Shown here: positions 45,021 to 53,485 of the stretch, piece by piece
How the letters are laid out: every line of letters starts with the position of its first letter
Position numbering within the stretch: position 1 is the first letter of the stretch
IMG/VR virus record: IMGVR_UViG_3300016476_000292
Location: 3,063-67,062 of that record
DNA length: 64,000 nt
Direction: 5' to 3' (one strand)
Source of the DNA: a virus
Taxonomy: Duplodnaviria > Caudoviricetes
The notes under the pieces: generated by a model
What the model was told of the DNA's origin: nothing
Seen by the model: only the letters and a program-made list of their open reading frames with translations
Databases searched by the model: none
Made by a program: the position numbers and the translations under genes

Positions 45021-45723
45021 TGTTCTTCTTCCGCAAAGCTTGTTCGATGGCGCGAGCAATAGCTTCATCGCCCAAACATATTTCATCTCGTTCCTCATCC
45101 GTCAGACCTATGAACTCGCGCTGTGGCGGAGCTGCGTAGAGTGGGACAAGTTTGTCTGGATATTGGACATCTTGATTCTTGTGCAGCAGCATCATAAATT
45201 GCGCTTTCTCTGTCGGCCTAGTGTTTGGCACACCCCACGCCACCGGCTCCTGCTGTTTTGGCTTGCACTTTTCGCACTCAACATAATCCCCGCCGGACAT
45301 AGTGCCGTCATCGTTTTCATGACCCTCGTCGTAATAACCAAGCCCCTTGCACCAGTCGCATACCGGCTCCGGTTTAGTAGTCAACTGCTGGTTTACAGCT
45401 GGCTGCTGTGGAGCTGTGTAGAGTGCTCGAAGCTCACGAATGTGCCTACGAAGCAACGCATTATTACGTTCTGCAACCTGCAATTTCTGCCATATATCTC
45501 TGTAGTCGTCATCCCAGCTTTCAGGCGTTTCTTGTGCATACGGCAAATCAGCAAGGCTTTCACGCTCAGGAAAATCAGGTAATTTCACCGGCTCCGGCTC
45601 ACCTTGCGCTAGTCTGGCGCGAAGTGCTTCGATTGTTCTGTTTCGTAGATGGTCGGTAAGGTGCTTCTTAGATTCCTCCAACGCGTCCAGCGCCATCTGT
45701 AATAGCTCGCGGTCAGTCTGCAT
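45013..45723 (-). CDS. Mosaic protein with EPV modules and GLTDEE C-terminus
   Basis: 236 aa. Confidence 0.6.
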   Translation of the reverse strand: MQTDRELLQMALDALEESKKHLTDHLRNRTIEALRARLAQGEPEPVKLPDFPERESLADLPYAQETPESWDDDYRDIWQKLQVAERNNALLRRHIRELRALYTAPQQPAVNQQLTTKPEPVCDWCKGLGYYDEGHENDDGTMSGGDYVECEKCKPKQQEPVAWGVPNTRPTEKAQFMMLLHKNQDVQYPDKLVPLYAAPPQREFIGLTDEERDEICLGDEAIARAIEQALRKKNNG

Positions 45724-45812
45724 TGTCTTTTCCTTTCGCTATCCACAAGGCCAACTCAAAAAGAAACGCCCACATATAAACAATTATCCCGCCCGAGAAG
45801 AAATACAGTAGG

Positions 45813-46001
45813 TCAGTCATTGTTCCCTCCCTGCGGCACAAACCGGGTGCCCAGACACCGAAACCAATCCACGCTTTGAGGATTCTCTAAAACGGAAAAA
45901 ATATCCTCATCGTTCAATCGAACCTCAGTCAGCGCCATGCCCATCGTGGCCTGCCCAACTTTAAGTTCAATCAACCCTCCGTCTTTTTTAATGGCTTTCA
46001 T
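45813..46001 (-). CDS. Hypothetical protein
   Basis: 62-aa ORF, coupled overlaps. Confidence 0.45.
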   Translation of the reverse strand: MKAIKKDGGLIELKVGQATMGMALTEVRLNDEDIFSVLENPQSVDWFRCLGTRFVPQGGNND

Positions 46002-46260
46002 TGTTCTCCCCTGTGGCTTTAGCGAGTGCCTGCATTGCTCTGTAAATTTCTGGGTTCTGATTTATTGCTGGGAGTATTTCGTTTTCAGGGTCTCTAGCCG
46101 AGTACCAAACAGTTATATCTTTCAACGCCTCAACCAACTCCGCATTTACCTCATGCAAGCGGCGTAACTCTGCTGCGGCTTTCTTGTCCCATGGAGTAGA
46201 CAGACTCATACGCTCAAGCTGGTCAGCCAGTCTCAAAGCATCTGGTTGTTTGTCAGTCAT
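45988..46260 (-). CDS. Hypothetical protein
   Basis: 90 aa, ALRLAD.LE...AAAELRRL motif. Confidence 0.55.
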   Translation of the reverse strand: MTDKQPDALRLADQLERMSLSTPWDKKAAAELRRLHEVNAELVEALKDITVWYSARDPENEILPAINQNPEIYRAMQALAKATGENNESH

Positions 46261-46469
46261 TGTTCTCTCCTTGCGTTCTCTGCTGCGTTCATGCCTGACA
46301 GAAAGATAGCCGCCAATGCTTGCTGAAACGTACAGCCGCCGTTCGTCATTGTGGCAAAGATGTCGATAGCCTCGGCCTCGATAAACTCCCGCATCTCTCT
46401 GCTTCCAAGGTGCGCTTTTGTCATGCCCCGCGGTGTGCGCTTGGCTAGTGTTGGGCGTATTGGTGTCAT
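46257..46469 (-). CDS. Hypothetical protein
   Basis: 70 aa, ATGA overlaps. Confidence 0.5.
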   Translation of the reverse strand: MTPIRPTLAKRTPRGMTKAHLGSREMREFIEAEAIDIFATMTNGGCTFQQALAAIFLSGMNAAENARREQ

Positions 46470-46672
46470 GGCTTCACCCTTGCGAGGATAGCGGCGCTCA
46501 CATCATTCTCAGGCATCTTCAAAATCCATGCAGCCAGTTCCGCGCAGGCTTCGCGCTCGGCAAGCACGGCCTCCCTGATCTGATCTTGGATTGAATCTCG
46601 GATGGCCTCGTCCCATGTTTGCTGGACAGAATCCCGCCATTCTTCTGCTGTCAGTATCTTGTTTGCCATCAT
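46466..46672 (-). CDS. Hypothetical protein (AEREACA motif)
   Basis: 68 aa. Confidence 0.5.
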   Translation of the reverse strand: MMANKILTAEEWRDSVQQTWDEAIRDSIQDQIREAVLAEREACAELAAWILKMPENDVSAAILARVKP

Positions 46673-48153
46673 CTTCTCCCTATCTTCTTCAAAAACGCAT
46701 GTAGTTTTTTGTCCATGAACTTTTTTGTCTCTGCCGTGGGGGCTTCCGGCTGCGTGTCGATCAGACCTCTCGGCCAGACTCCAAACTTATCCTTGTAGGT
46801 ATGCGCTGCCCTGCCCTTGCTCCAGCCTTGGTAACGCTGCATCCAGACCATCTGATTCCAGAATGCCTGCTTGCTCTCGCGGCTGACGGTGCCACTGAGC
46901 TCAACCATCTCGCCTTCCACCGCGATGACTTTGTTCTTGCGCTCACGAACGTGGCCGCAGTTGTAGCAAGTATCAGAGTGCGATGGCCAGAGAGCCGAGC
47001 AAGACGGGCATTTGGCTGCCTCCTTTTCCTTCTGCGTGGGTTCTTTCTTGGCCTTCTCTTTGCCTTCGTCCAGCTTGTCTACGCCCTGCTCGTACAACTC
47101 TTCCCAGTCCTCACGAAATCGGATGTAGTTACCTGAATGGCAAATCCAAAGCGCGAAGGGTTTGGCTTCTGGATTGGATTGATTGCTACGCATGACCCTG
47201 CCCATCTGCTGAACATGGCTTGAAAATGATTTGCTAAATGGTCTAGCCGATACTCCTATACTAACCAGTTCATTATCAAACCCCTTGGTCAGAAGGTCAG
47301 TTGCGATAAGTCCTATGATTTTGCTATCAGGTTTTGCAAAGTCTTCAATTACTTGCCGCTTCCATTCATCATCGTCTCTGTAGCTCAGGCTGACAAAGTT
47401 ATATCCTTGCTCTTGGAACTTCTGGGAAAGGTGCGCTCCGTGATCTACGCCAGCAGCAAACACAATAGTCTTGCGTGGCTCACCAAATATTTCATGGGTT
47501 TTTTTAATCCATTCTGTGACAACATCCCCGGTAATTTTCATGCCACGGCCCGATGCTTCTGCCTGCGACCACTCTCCGGCAACTTTCTTTGCGCCAGTCA
47601 TGTCTATTTCTTTGGCAATGAACACACGCAAGGGAACCAATGATCCTTGATCAACAAGTTGCTTGGTAGTTATCGGAGAAACTACGTTGGAATAAACATT
47701 TGCCAGCCCTTTTGTAAAAGGCGACGCCGACAAGCCAACCACCCTAACTTCCGGGTTGTTCTTGATGAACTCGATAGTCTGCTTCCTTTGAGCATGGCAT
47801 TCATCAATAACAAGTAGGTCGAGACCTGGAAAGCTGCCACGCTTTTCCAATGTTTGGGCAGAACAAACCTGTATTGGTTCATACGGGCGATATCGCCAGT
47901 GACCAGCCTGTAAAACGCCGTGGTCTATCTTGTACTTCTCAAGTCTTCGGGATGTTTGATCGCACAGAATGATGCGATCTAGGATCATTGCCGCTTTGCT
48001 GCCTTTTTTCTTTGCGGCATCAAGCATGGCTATTGCAGCCTCTGTTTTCCCGGCTCCTGTCCCCATGTAAAGCAACTGGGATCTGTGGCCCTTGGCAAAT
48101 CCTTCTCTCAGGAGGGCGAGAGCTTCCTCCTGATACTGCCGTAATTGCAGCAT
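46669..48153 (-). CDS. SF2 DNA helicase with C-terminal zinc finger
   Basis: MGTGAGKT (motif I), IDECH (II), GLSASP (III), QQMGRVMR (VI), CPSC...CYNC. Confidence 0.9.
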   Translation of the reverse strand: MLQLRQYQEEALALLREGFAKGHRSQLLYMGTGAGKTEAAIAMLDAAKKKGSKAAMILDRIILCDQTSRRLEKYKIDHGVLQAGHWRYRPYEPIQVCSAQTLEKRGSFPGLDLLVIDECHAQRKQTIEFIKNNPEVRVVGLSASPFTKGLANVYSNVVSPITTKQLVDQGSLVPLRVFIAKEIDMTGAKKVAGEWSQAEASGRGMKITGDVVTEWIKKTHEIFGEPRKTIVFAAGVDHGAHLSQKFQEQGYNFVSLSYRDDDEWKRQVIEDFAKPDSKIIGLIATDLLTKGFDNELVSIGVSARPFSKSFSSHVQQMGRVMRSNQSNPEAKPFALWICHSGNYIRFREDWEELYEQGVDKLDEGKEKAKKEPTQKEKEAAKCPSCSALWPSHSDTCYNCGHVRERKNKVIAVEGEMVELSGTVSRESKQAFWNQMVWMQRYQGWSKGRAAHTYKDKFGVWPRGLIDTQPEAPTAETKKFMDKKLHAFLKKIGRR

Positions 48154-48199
48154 TGTCTCTCCTTCACTGCTGGCACACCCGCCAGCTTGGGGTTAGTGG

Positions 48200-49012
48200 T
48201 TAATTGCCTTCGAGCTTTTTCAACTTCTTCTGCAACATCTGCACTTGCTTCATCAGCTGCGCGTTCTCTGCTTGGAACTGATCACGCGAACTTGTGACGG
48301 CCTTCAATTCTATCTCCAACAAACGAATCTGAGCACGCAAATCCTTAATGATTGACTGGGCTTTTTCCTTCTCAATGTCATCCGTGCTTGCCGCCATTGC
48401 AACTGTTAGCTGATCTTGCAAGTCTTCATTCTCTTCTCGCAACTTCTGTACTGCTGCCGTCATTTCCTCGCGTTCGACTTCTGCCTCGGTAAAAATGGCA
48501 ACAGGATCTTCTTCCTGCTTCGGCTTCTCCTGCCGGGTGGTAATTTTTCCACCTTGCTTGAACGTAGTTTCTGTTTTCTCTGCGCCCATCTCTTTGCGTA
48601 TGGCTGCCACGAATGGATGGCTGACACAGCACTGGCGGGCGATCTCACGATCAGACCAGTCTTGCCATTCAATATCTGACAACATAGCCATGACTGCTTT
48701 GCGCTTGTCTGCTGGCGTGCGACGCAGGCCGTGGTCAGCGTTGGCTCCGAAGCTGTACAGAATTGCATCCCGCAACGTGCCTTCGCGTACATCACACTTG
48801 ATACCAGGGCTGCCGGCTTTCTTGGCAGCGAAGTATCTGTGGAAACCATCGGCCAGAAAATACTCTGCGCCGTCGTGGAATACGATGATGGCCGGGAACT
48901 TCGCACCATCCCGCATGTTGTCTGCATACTCAGCGACCACATCCTGATCGATCTTCGCGCGGCTCTGTGTACCGCCGTCAATTTTTATTTTGTCAAGACT
49001 CAGATTCATCAT
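48200..49012 (-). CDS. ParB/Srx-domain protein with HTH and C-terminal coiled coil
   Basis: TQSRAKID...FPAIIVF...LADGFHRYFAA; WSDREIARQCCVSHPFVAAIRK. Confidence 0.8.
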   Translation of the reverse strand: MMNLSLDKIKIDGGTQSRAKIDQDVVAEYADNMRDGAKFPAIIVFHDGAEYFLADGFHRYFAAKKAGSPGIKCDVREGTLRDAILYSFGANADHGLRRTPADKRKAVMAMLSDIEWQDWSDREIARQCCVSHPFVAAIRKEMGAEKTETTFKQGGKITTRQEKPKQEEDPVAIFTEAEVEREEMTAAVQKLREENEDLQDQLTVAMAASTDDIEKEKAQSIIKDLRAQIRLLEIELKAVTSSRDQFQAENAQLMKQVQMLQKKLKKLEGN

Positions 49013-49115
49013 TTACTCCAAGGATAAATGCGACCGTGGCCGCGAAGATAAAAAGCAGGATCCCCATGCCCATCAGGATGCCGCCGATCAAAGTTAATTG
49101 TTCAAATGTTTCCAT
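48993..49115 (-). CDS. 40-aa single-TM peptide
   Basis: Own translation METFEQLTLIGGILMGMGILLFIFAATVAFILGV... Confidence 0.4.
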   Translation of the reverse strand: METFEQLTLIGGILMGMGILLFIFAATVAFILGVNDESES

Positions 49116-49689
49116 TTTTCTCTCGCAGCTTGGCTAAGATAATGTCACGCAATTTGTACAGAGTATCGTCACACCGATCCCCGTCTTCCGACCACCAATG
49201 CAGCGCATCAGGATCGTCTTCGTTGTCGTAATCTTCATGCACATCAAAACCCGCCTGAAATGCTGCGATCATCATTTCCTCATCCGTCAGCCCTATGAAC
49301 TCACGTTGCGGTGGGGCGGTGTAATAAAGCGCCTTTTGCGTCCAGCCTCGGCTTATTTCATCTTCAGTTAATTCACGGAAACACGGGTCTTCGTGATTTC
49401 CTTGTATGTGCATCCACGCCACCGGCTCTGACTCAGAAACCATTCTTTTGCCGTCCGAAACTCGTCGCACCTTGCCTTCGTTCCAATCTTTTATAAACTC
49501 AGCCTCGTAATCTGTCTCTGGCTGAGATCGAACCAAGCCGGTAGTCATGTTGTCTATTTGTGTAAGCACCCCCAATAGATCATTAAGTGGTTTCCAATGT
49601 GGTGATTCATTTTTGTAATGCTTTTCCCAGATCCAAGTTGCAAGCCTAGATGCGTATTCATAGGAATCAGGTTCTCCGTCATGAGTCAT
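49102..49689 (-). CDS. Mosaic protein with EPVAW and GLTDEE modules
   Basis: 195 aa. Confidence 0.6.
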   Translation of the reverse strand: MTHDGEPDSYEYASRLATWIWEKHYKNESPHWKPLNDLLGVLTQIDNMTTGLVRSQPETDYEAEFIKDWNEGKVRRVSDGKRMVSESEPVAWMHIQGNHEDPCFRELTEDEISRGWTQKALYYTAPPQREFIGLTDEEMMIAAFQAGFDVHEDYDNEDDPDALHWWSEDGDRCDDTLYKLRDIILAKLREKNGNI

Positions 49690-49970
49690 ATCAACTCCAC
49701 TTTGATTAACTGCTTGGTGTCGGAATCAAACGTCAAACGGACGTTGGCCGGATCGTCGTAATCAACGCGTATAAAACTGTCGTAATGAAGGCGTATCACA
49801 TCTACTATCGGCGGCTTGGGTTCTGGCTTGATGCGCCATTCCAACTCGTAGGAAGTGATTGGGTTTATATATCCTCCAGATGCCCATTCTCCAGCTTCAA
49901 TGCTCCAATACTCCACCTCTTTCCCATCAGCGATGGCTCGCAACACTTTGGCATGCTTGTGCTCTCCCAT
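49686..49970 (-). CDS. Hypothetical protein
   Basis: ATG 49970 with GGAG RBS; HKHAKVLRAIADGKEVEY...EWRIKP. Confidence 0.55.
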   Translation of the reverse strand: MGEHKHAKVLRAIADGKEVEYWSIEAGEWASGGYINPITSYELEWRIKPEPKPPIVDVIRLHYDSFIRVDYDDPANVRLTFDSDTKQLIKVELI

Positions 49971-49978
49971 GGCTCCCC

Positions 49979-51094
49979 CTATATCAAAAGGTATCGATAG
50001 ACAGGATTGCTGAGGCTGTAGTTCTCTGTCTCGCACCTGCTCCACTGTGCCGCGTTGACGATGTTGGCTGACGGGCAAGACATGTTTTCCTTGGCCTCGA
50101 CCATTTTCAGGTAATTGTTGATGATGGGCAGACAGCTGACTTTGCGGCCGGGCTGGTGATGATAGCCGCCCTCGACATGATCGCCGCCGTTGATGGCGTA
50201 CCCATCCAAGTTGCACACATCCTCGGCCAACTCTGCATCATCTGACAGCACGATCCGCGAGCTGCACCTGCGTGCCATCCAGCGCAGTTCCTTGAACCAC
50301 ATCTCACGCGGGGGTCGGATGGTCTCTGTCTGCAGCTTGTCCCCACCGCGCACGAACATCACGCCTGCTTCTTCCATGCCGTCGACCGTGCCGATTTGGT
50401 ATAGGTCTTTCATAACGTAGTCGTACGCCCGGCACTTTGCATCTGCAAGGTATAACGCGGTCAAATCCGTTGGCTGTAGCCATACCTTGCGGAAGGCATC
50501 AAAGCTCATCTGCGGGACACCGCTGCCGTACTGGAATGCCTCCGGGAATATCTCGTCGAATGGTTCTTCGTAGTTCCACCAGTTGCCTGACAGATCGACA
50601 TAGAAGTCATGACCGTCCATCTCGGCCACTGTCTGGGCGGCGATGATGTTCTCGATTACGGAGAAGAACCCGCTGCTGCGTGGCTGGTAGTACACAGGGC
50701 TACCGGCACCCAGCGATCCCTTGTGCATCTCTGTGTCCAGGCCTTGGAATAATTGCCACTTGTCTTCGCTGATGCCCCACTCTCTGGCCGCCCGCTCGAA
50801 GCCCACGCAGCCGGTGATCTCTTGCTTGTAGAAGAAGGTGGCCGGTAGTTCTCGCGGGAGCATAGGCTGGATGTCAGCCCACGCACACTTGCCCCAGAAG
50901 AACAACCTGGCAGCGACCGCAGGCAGGCGTTCGTTCAGCGGGTAGCTTTGTGCCAGCGAGCGCAGCAAGTCCATGCTGTTGTGCATGTAGTAAATGTTGT
51001 CCATCTCGTGGACGATGGCGTTGACCAGCGCGATGAACTTGACGTGGAAGTCTGGAGTTTCATCCACAAGTCTGTATCTATTGAACTGAATCAA
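49979..51094 (-). CDS. Putative GT-B glycosyltransferase (NodZ/FUT8, GT23-like)
   Basis: SSGFFS; GVMFVRGGDK (cf. motif I HxRxxDK); IVLSDD (motif II); MSCPSANIV (motif III-like). Confidence 0.5.
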   Translation of the reverse strand: MIQFNRYRLVDETPDFHVKFIALVNAIVHEMDNIYYMHNSMDLLRSLAQSYPLNERLPAVAARLFFWGKCAWADIQPMLPRELPATFFYKQEITGCVGFERAAREWGISEDKWQLFQGLDTEMHKGSLGAGSPVYYQPRSSGFFSVIENIIAAQTVAEMDGHDFYVDLSGNWWNYEEPFDEIFPEAFQYGSGVPQMSFDAFRKVWLQPTDLTALYLADAKCRAYDYVMKDLYQIGTVDGMEEAGVMFVRGGDKLQTETIRPPREMWFKELRWMARRCSSRIVLSDDAELAEDVCNLDGYAINGGDHVEGGYHHQPGRKVSCLPIINNYLKMVEAKENMSCPSANIVNAAQWSRCETENYSLSNPVYRYLLI

Positions 51095-51110
51095 AATTTT
51101 CTCCTCAAGT

Positions 51111-51170
51111 AATCCATACCAAGCCGCGCCAGACCCGACCTAAACGTGCCCTTGCAAACCTCTCCCTACC
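51111..51170 (-). ncRNA. GGY-NN pentamer tract A (12 units), downstream of the Cas7-like gene
   Basis: GGTAG GGAGA GGTTT GCAAG GGCAC GTTTA GGTCG GGTCT GGCGC GGCTT GGTAT GGATT. Confidence 0.8.
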
Positions 51171-51780
51171 CCTGAGAAACATCAAACTTCACAACATTGA
51201 ATCGTCCGAACGTGGGGCGGAAGTCGCCGATACCCACCAGCCTGCCTGCCATGGACAGCGTGTCTTGCAGCCAATGGCGGTCGATATACTCCGGCGTCAG
51301 AATCATCAGATCAAAGTCCAGCCGGTAGCCTGCCTTCATTGCCGGACGCACACGGTTGACGCCTGCTCGCTGGATGACCACGCGACGCTTGTCCTCGTAG
51401 TCCCATTTTTCTTTGCCGAAGGTGGAAAGATTGGTAAGGCTGACCACGCCCGCCTTGGTTAGATCCATAGCTGACTTGCGGGGGCTGCGGGGATCCTGCT
51501 TGAACTTGGCTGCCATGATGATGGACTGACGTAGGTACTCGCCTGGGCAGCACAGCTCGCCGTCCTCGTTGCGCCAGACGTAGGACTCGATGTCATCTGT
51601 CTTCTTGGCTGCGGAATTCTTGGCCGCTTTGGCCTTGGTTTCTACGGCCTCGCAGTTCCAGCGATGGAACAGGAAGTCTGCGCTGCCCTCAATGGTGATG
51701 TGCGCCGTGTACGGGATGCTGTACTCGATTGCTTCTGCGCCGCCGTTGGTTACTTCTGATACTTGTTTTGCCTTTGCCAT
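51166..51780 (-). CDS. Solitary Cas7-like RAMP (RRM-fold) protein, 204 aa
   Basis: beta1 AHITIEGSADFLFHR; LCCPGEYLRQSIIMAA (Cas7 xPGxxLK/R helix); C-terminal Gly-rich loop AGRLVGIGDFRPTFGRF; AGGAG 7 nt before ATG 51780. Confidence 0.75.
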   Translation of the reverse strand: MAKAKQVSEVTNGGAEAIEYSIPYTAHITIEGSADFLFHRWNCEAVETKAKAAKNSAAKKTDDIESYVWRNEDGELCCPGEYLRQSIIMAAKFKQDPRSPRKSAMDLTKAGVVSLTNLSTFGKEKWDYEDKRRVVIQRAGVNRVRPAMKAGYRLDFDLMILTPEYIDRHWLQDTLSMAGRLVGIGDFRPTFGRFNVVKFDVSQG

Positions 51781-51801
51781 TTTCACTCTCCTAAGTTAAA
51801 A

Positions 51802-51861
51802 AACCCTCACCACACCGAACCGCAGCTTGCCCCGCCGTGACTTACCACGCCGTGCCCGACC
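51802..51861 (-). ncRNA. GGY-NN pentamer tract B (12 units), preceded by a GATGC-GTAA-GCATC hairpin (51866-51879)
   Basis: GGTCG GGCAC GGCGT GGTAA GTCAC GGCGG GGCAA GCTGC GGTTC GGTGT GGTGA GGGTT, then a T run. Confidence 0.8.
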
Positions 51862-51919
51862 GCTAGATGCTTACGCATCGCACAGAAGCCTCTATAAAGC
51901 CCCTGTACGCTGCACAGCA

Positions 51920-51979
51920 GCTCCTCATCAGACCCAAACTCACCATGCCCAACCTAACCCAGCCGAACCGGGTCTTGCC
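51920..51979 (-). ncRNA. GGY-NN pentamer tract C (12 units), preceded by a long GCAA-loop hairpin (51987-52018)
   Basis: GGCAA GACCC GGTTC GGCTG GGTTA GGTTG GGCAT GGTGA GTTTG GGTCT GATGA GGAGC. Confidence 0.8.
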
Positions 51980-52027
51980 TTATTACCGGAAGGAGGACTT
52001 TTGCAAATCCCCTATCCGCTGATAGAC

Positions 52028-52107
52028 AGCCCATACCCATCCTTAGCGTGCCTTGCCGAGCCGGAACATTCCATGCCCTGCCTAGCCAATCCATTGCCTG
52101 CCCTGCC
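52028..52107 (-). ncRNA. GGY-NN pentamer tract D (16 units)
   Basis: GGCAG GGCAG GCAAT GGATT GGCTA GGCAG GGCAT GGAAT GTTCC GGCTC GGCAA GGCAC GCTAA GGATG GGTAT GGGCT. Confidence 0.8.
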
Positions 52108-52113
52108 GCATTT

Positions 52114-52320
52114 TTATTTTCCAAGTATGGCAGTGGCTATCGCCTCTGCCGGGTTGTCCTGCCAGTCCCTGTGCTGGTGGCAAATCATAGCCGCACGCTC
52201 GCGCTCGGCCTCGCTGATAAACACAGCCAGCCGCTCTATCTCCGGCATGAAGTCCCGGAAGATCCCCCAGTCCTCCCCGCCAGCCCGACGTGCCAATTGA
52301 AATAAGTCTGCTTGGTTCAT
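52114..52320 (-). CDS. Hypothetical protein (EAERERAA motif)
   Basis: 68 aa, AGGAGG RBS, first gene after the tandem promoters. Confidence 0.55.
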   Translation of the reverse strand: MNQADLFQLARRAGGEDWGIFRDFMPEIERLAVFISEAERERAAMICHQHRDWQDNPAEAIATAILGK

Positions 52321-52344
52321 CTCCCCTCCTATATCTAGGATTCC

Positions 52345-52390
52345 ACTGTACCCCTACATCTAGGATATGTCAACACATGGTTCCTGTCAA
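52345..52390 (-). promoter_or_regulatory. Two overlapping sigma70-type promoters
   Basis: TTGACA(52390-85)-17-TATCCT and TTGACA(52373-68)-17-TACAGT. Confidence 0.7.
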
Positions 52391-52422
52391 TACCCATGTA
52401 TTACATATATGGTAAAAATAAA

Positions 52423-52953
52423 CTACGATCTCCAGTCCGACTGATCCCAGTTGCCTTTGCCGTGGTTGCATTCATGGCACAGGATCTGAAGGTTAGACAG
52501 CTCCAGCGCCAGTTCTGGGAATAGCTTGCGCGGTTTGATGTGATCCACATTCATGACCGCCCCAGTGGCCGGCGTAGCACCGCAGCACATGCACTTCGGC
52601 CCGTACTTCTTCAAAGCTTCCATGCGTACCTTGCGCCATTCGTAGGTGCTGAGAAAAGAATCTCCTGCCACAAATGCCAGCGTTTTGGGATTGCTCTGCT
52701 TTTTCTTTGGCTTAGGTTTTGGTGGGGGTTGATAAGGCTTTGAGTCCACATGCAGTCGCGCCTCCGCTGCTATGTGTTCTATATTTTTTTCCACCCACGC
52801 TTTTGGTTTGTAGCTTCCTGGTTTTGGATAGCCATCCATGGCCAAGACCTTGCAACCCAAGTCATACGGACTTACGCCATTCTTTGCGCCGTATCCCAGC
52901 TTGCGCTTGATGTACCGAGACAGCATTGCCATCCCAATTTTTGCCGCTCCCAT
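52423..52953 (-). CDS. HNH endonuclease
   Basis: KCMCCG...MNVDHIKPRKLFPELALELSNLQILCHECNHGK. Confidence 0.85.
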   Translation of the reverse strand: MGAAKIGMAMLSRYIKRKLGYGAKNGVSPYDLGCKVLAMDGYPKPGSYKPKAWVEKNIEHIAAEARLHVDSKPYQPPPKPKPKKKQSNPKTLAFVAGDSFLSTYEWRKVRMEALKKYGPKCMCCGATPATGAVMNVDHIKPRKLFPELALELSNLQILCHECNHGKGNWDQSDWRS

Positions 52954-53289
52954 CCCAATCTCCCATAGGTTCCCCAGGGGTGATAAGCCGTGCTGTTACC
53001 TCACCGGAGGTCACGACTGGAGTATCACGCCTGCCCAGACCAGCAATGATTCCTGCTGTTCCTAGCTGCCGGTCGCTTGCTCATGGCACTTTCGTGTCCA
53101 GTCGCTTGCTATGGCTCCCAGAAGGCAGCGATTGCTTCAACCACGGATCTGTCTCACCACTGTCTCCGTAATCTTATGCAGTCCCTCGCTGACAGGCTGC
53201 GCGGCGTTGCCGGGGTGTACGGTAGCCGGTGTTCTCTCTTCGGCAGCCCATGCAGGCTCTCTGACTATCGCGGAAGGTGCGGTCAGAGC

Positions 53290-53480
53290 ACCAAAAGAAA
53301 AACCCCAGACAACTTAGGTGGGGCATGGCCCGTTGGCATGGGCAACTCAGTCATATCCTGTCAGGGACTTATCTCTACTGTCGTGCAGAGAACATACGAC
53401 TGAACTACACATGCCCCACCTAAACTGACTGGGGTTACTTGTTTGCCCTGACAAGGCATGACAGAGTGCCACCTCTGACG
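53290..53480 (-). ncRNA. Candidate structured leader/small RNA with a 27-bp stem and a U-tract
   Basis: Inverted repeat 53301-53327 / 53410-53436 (24/27 identical), followed on the minus strand by TTTTCTTTT; promoter directly upstream. Confidence 0.5.
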
Positions 53481-53485
53481 GCGCA

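Noticed and set aside
51802-52107. Canonical CRISPR array next to the Cas7-like gene
   Set aside because: There are no 25-45 bp direct repeats with unique spacers; the repeat unit is a 3-nt constant plus a 2-nt variable. No cas1/cas2.
51827-52305. Track ORFs 51827..52300(+) and 52048..52305(+)
   Set aside because: They are Pro/Ala-rich antisense products of the CC-periodic arrays, with no RBS and on the opposite strand to the operon.
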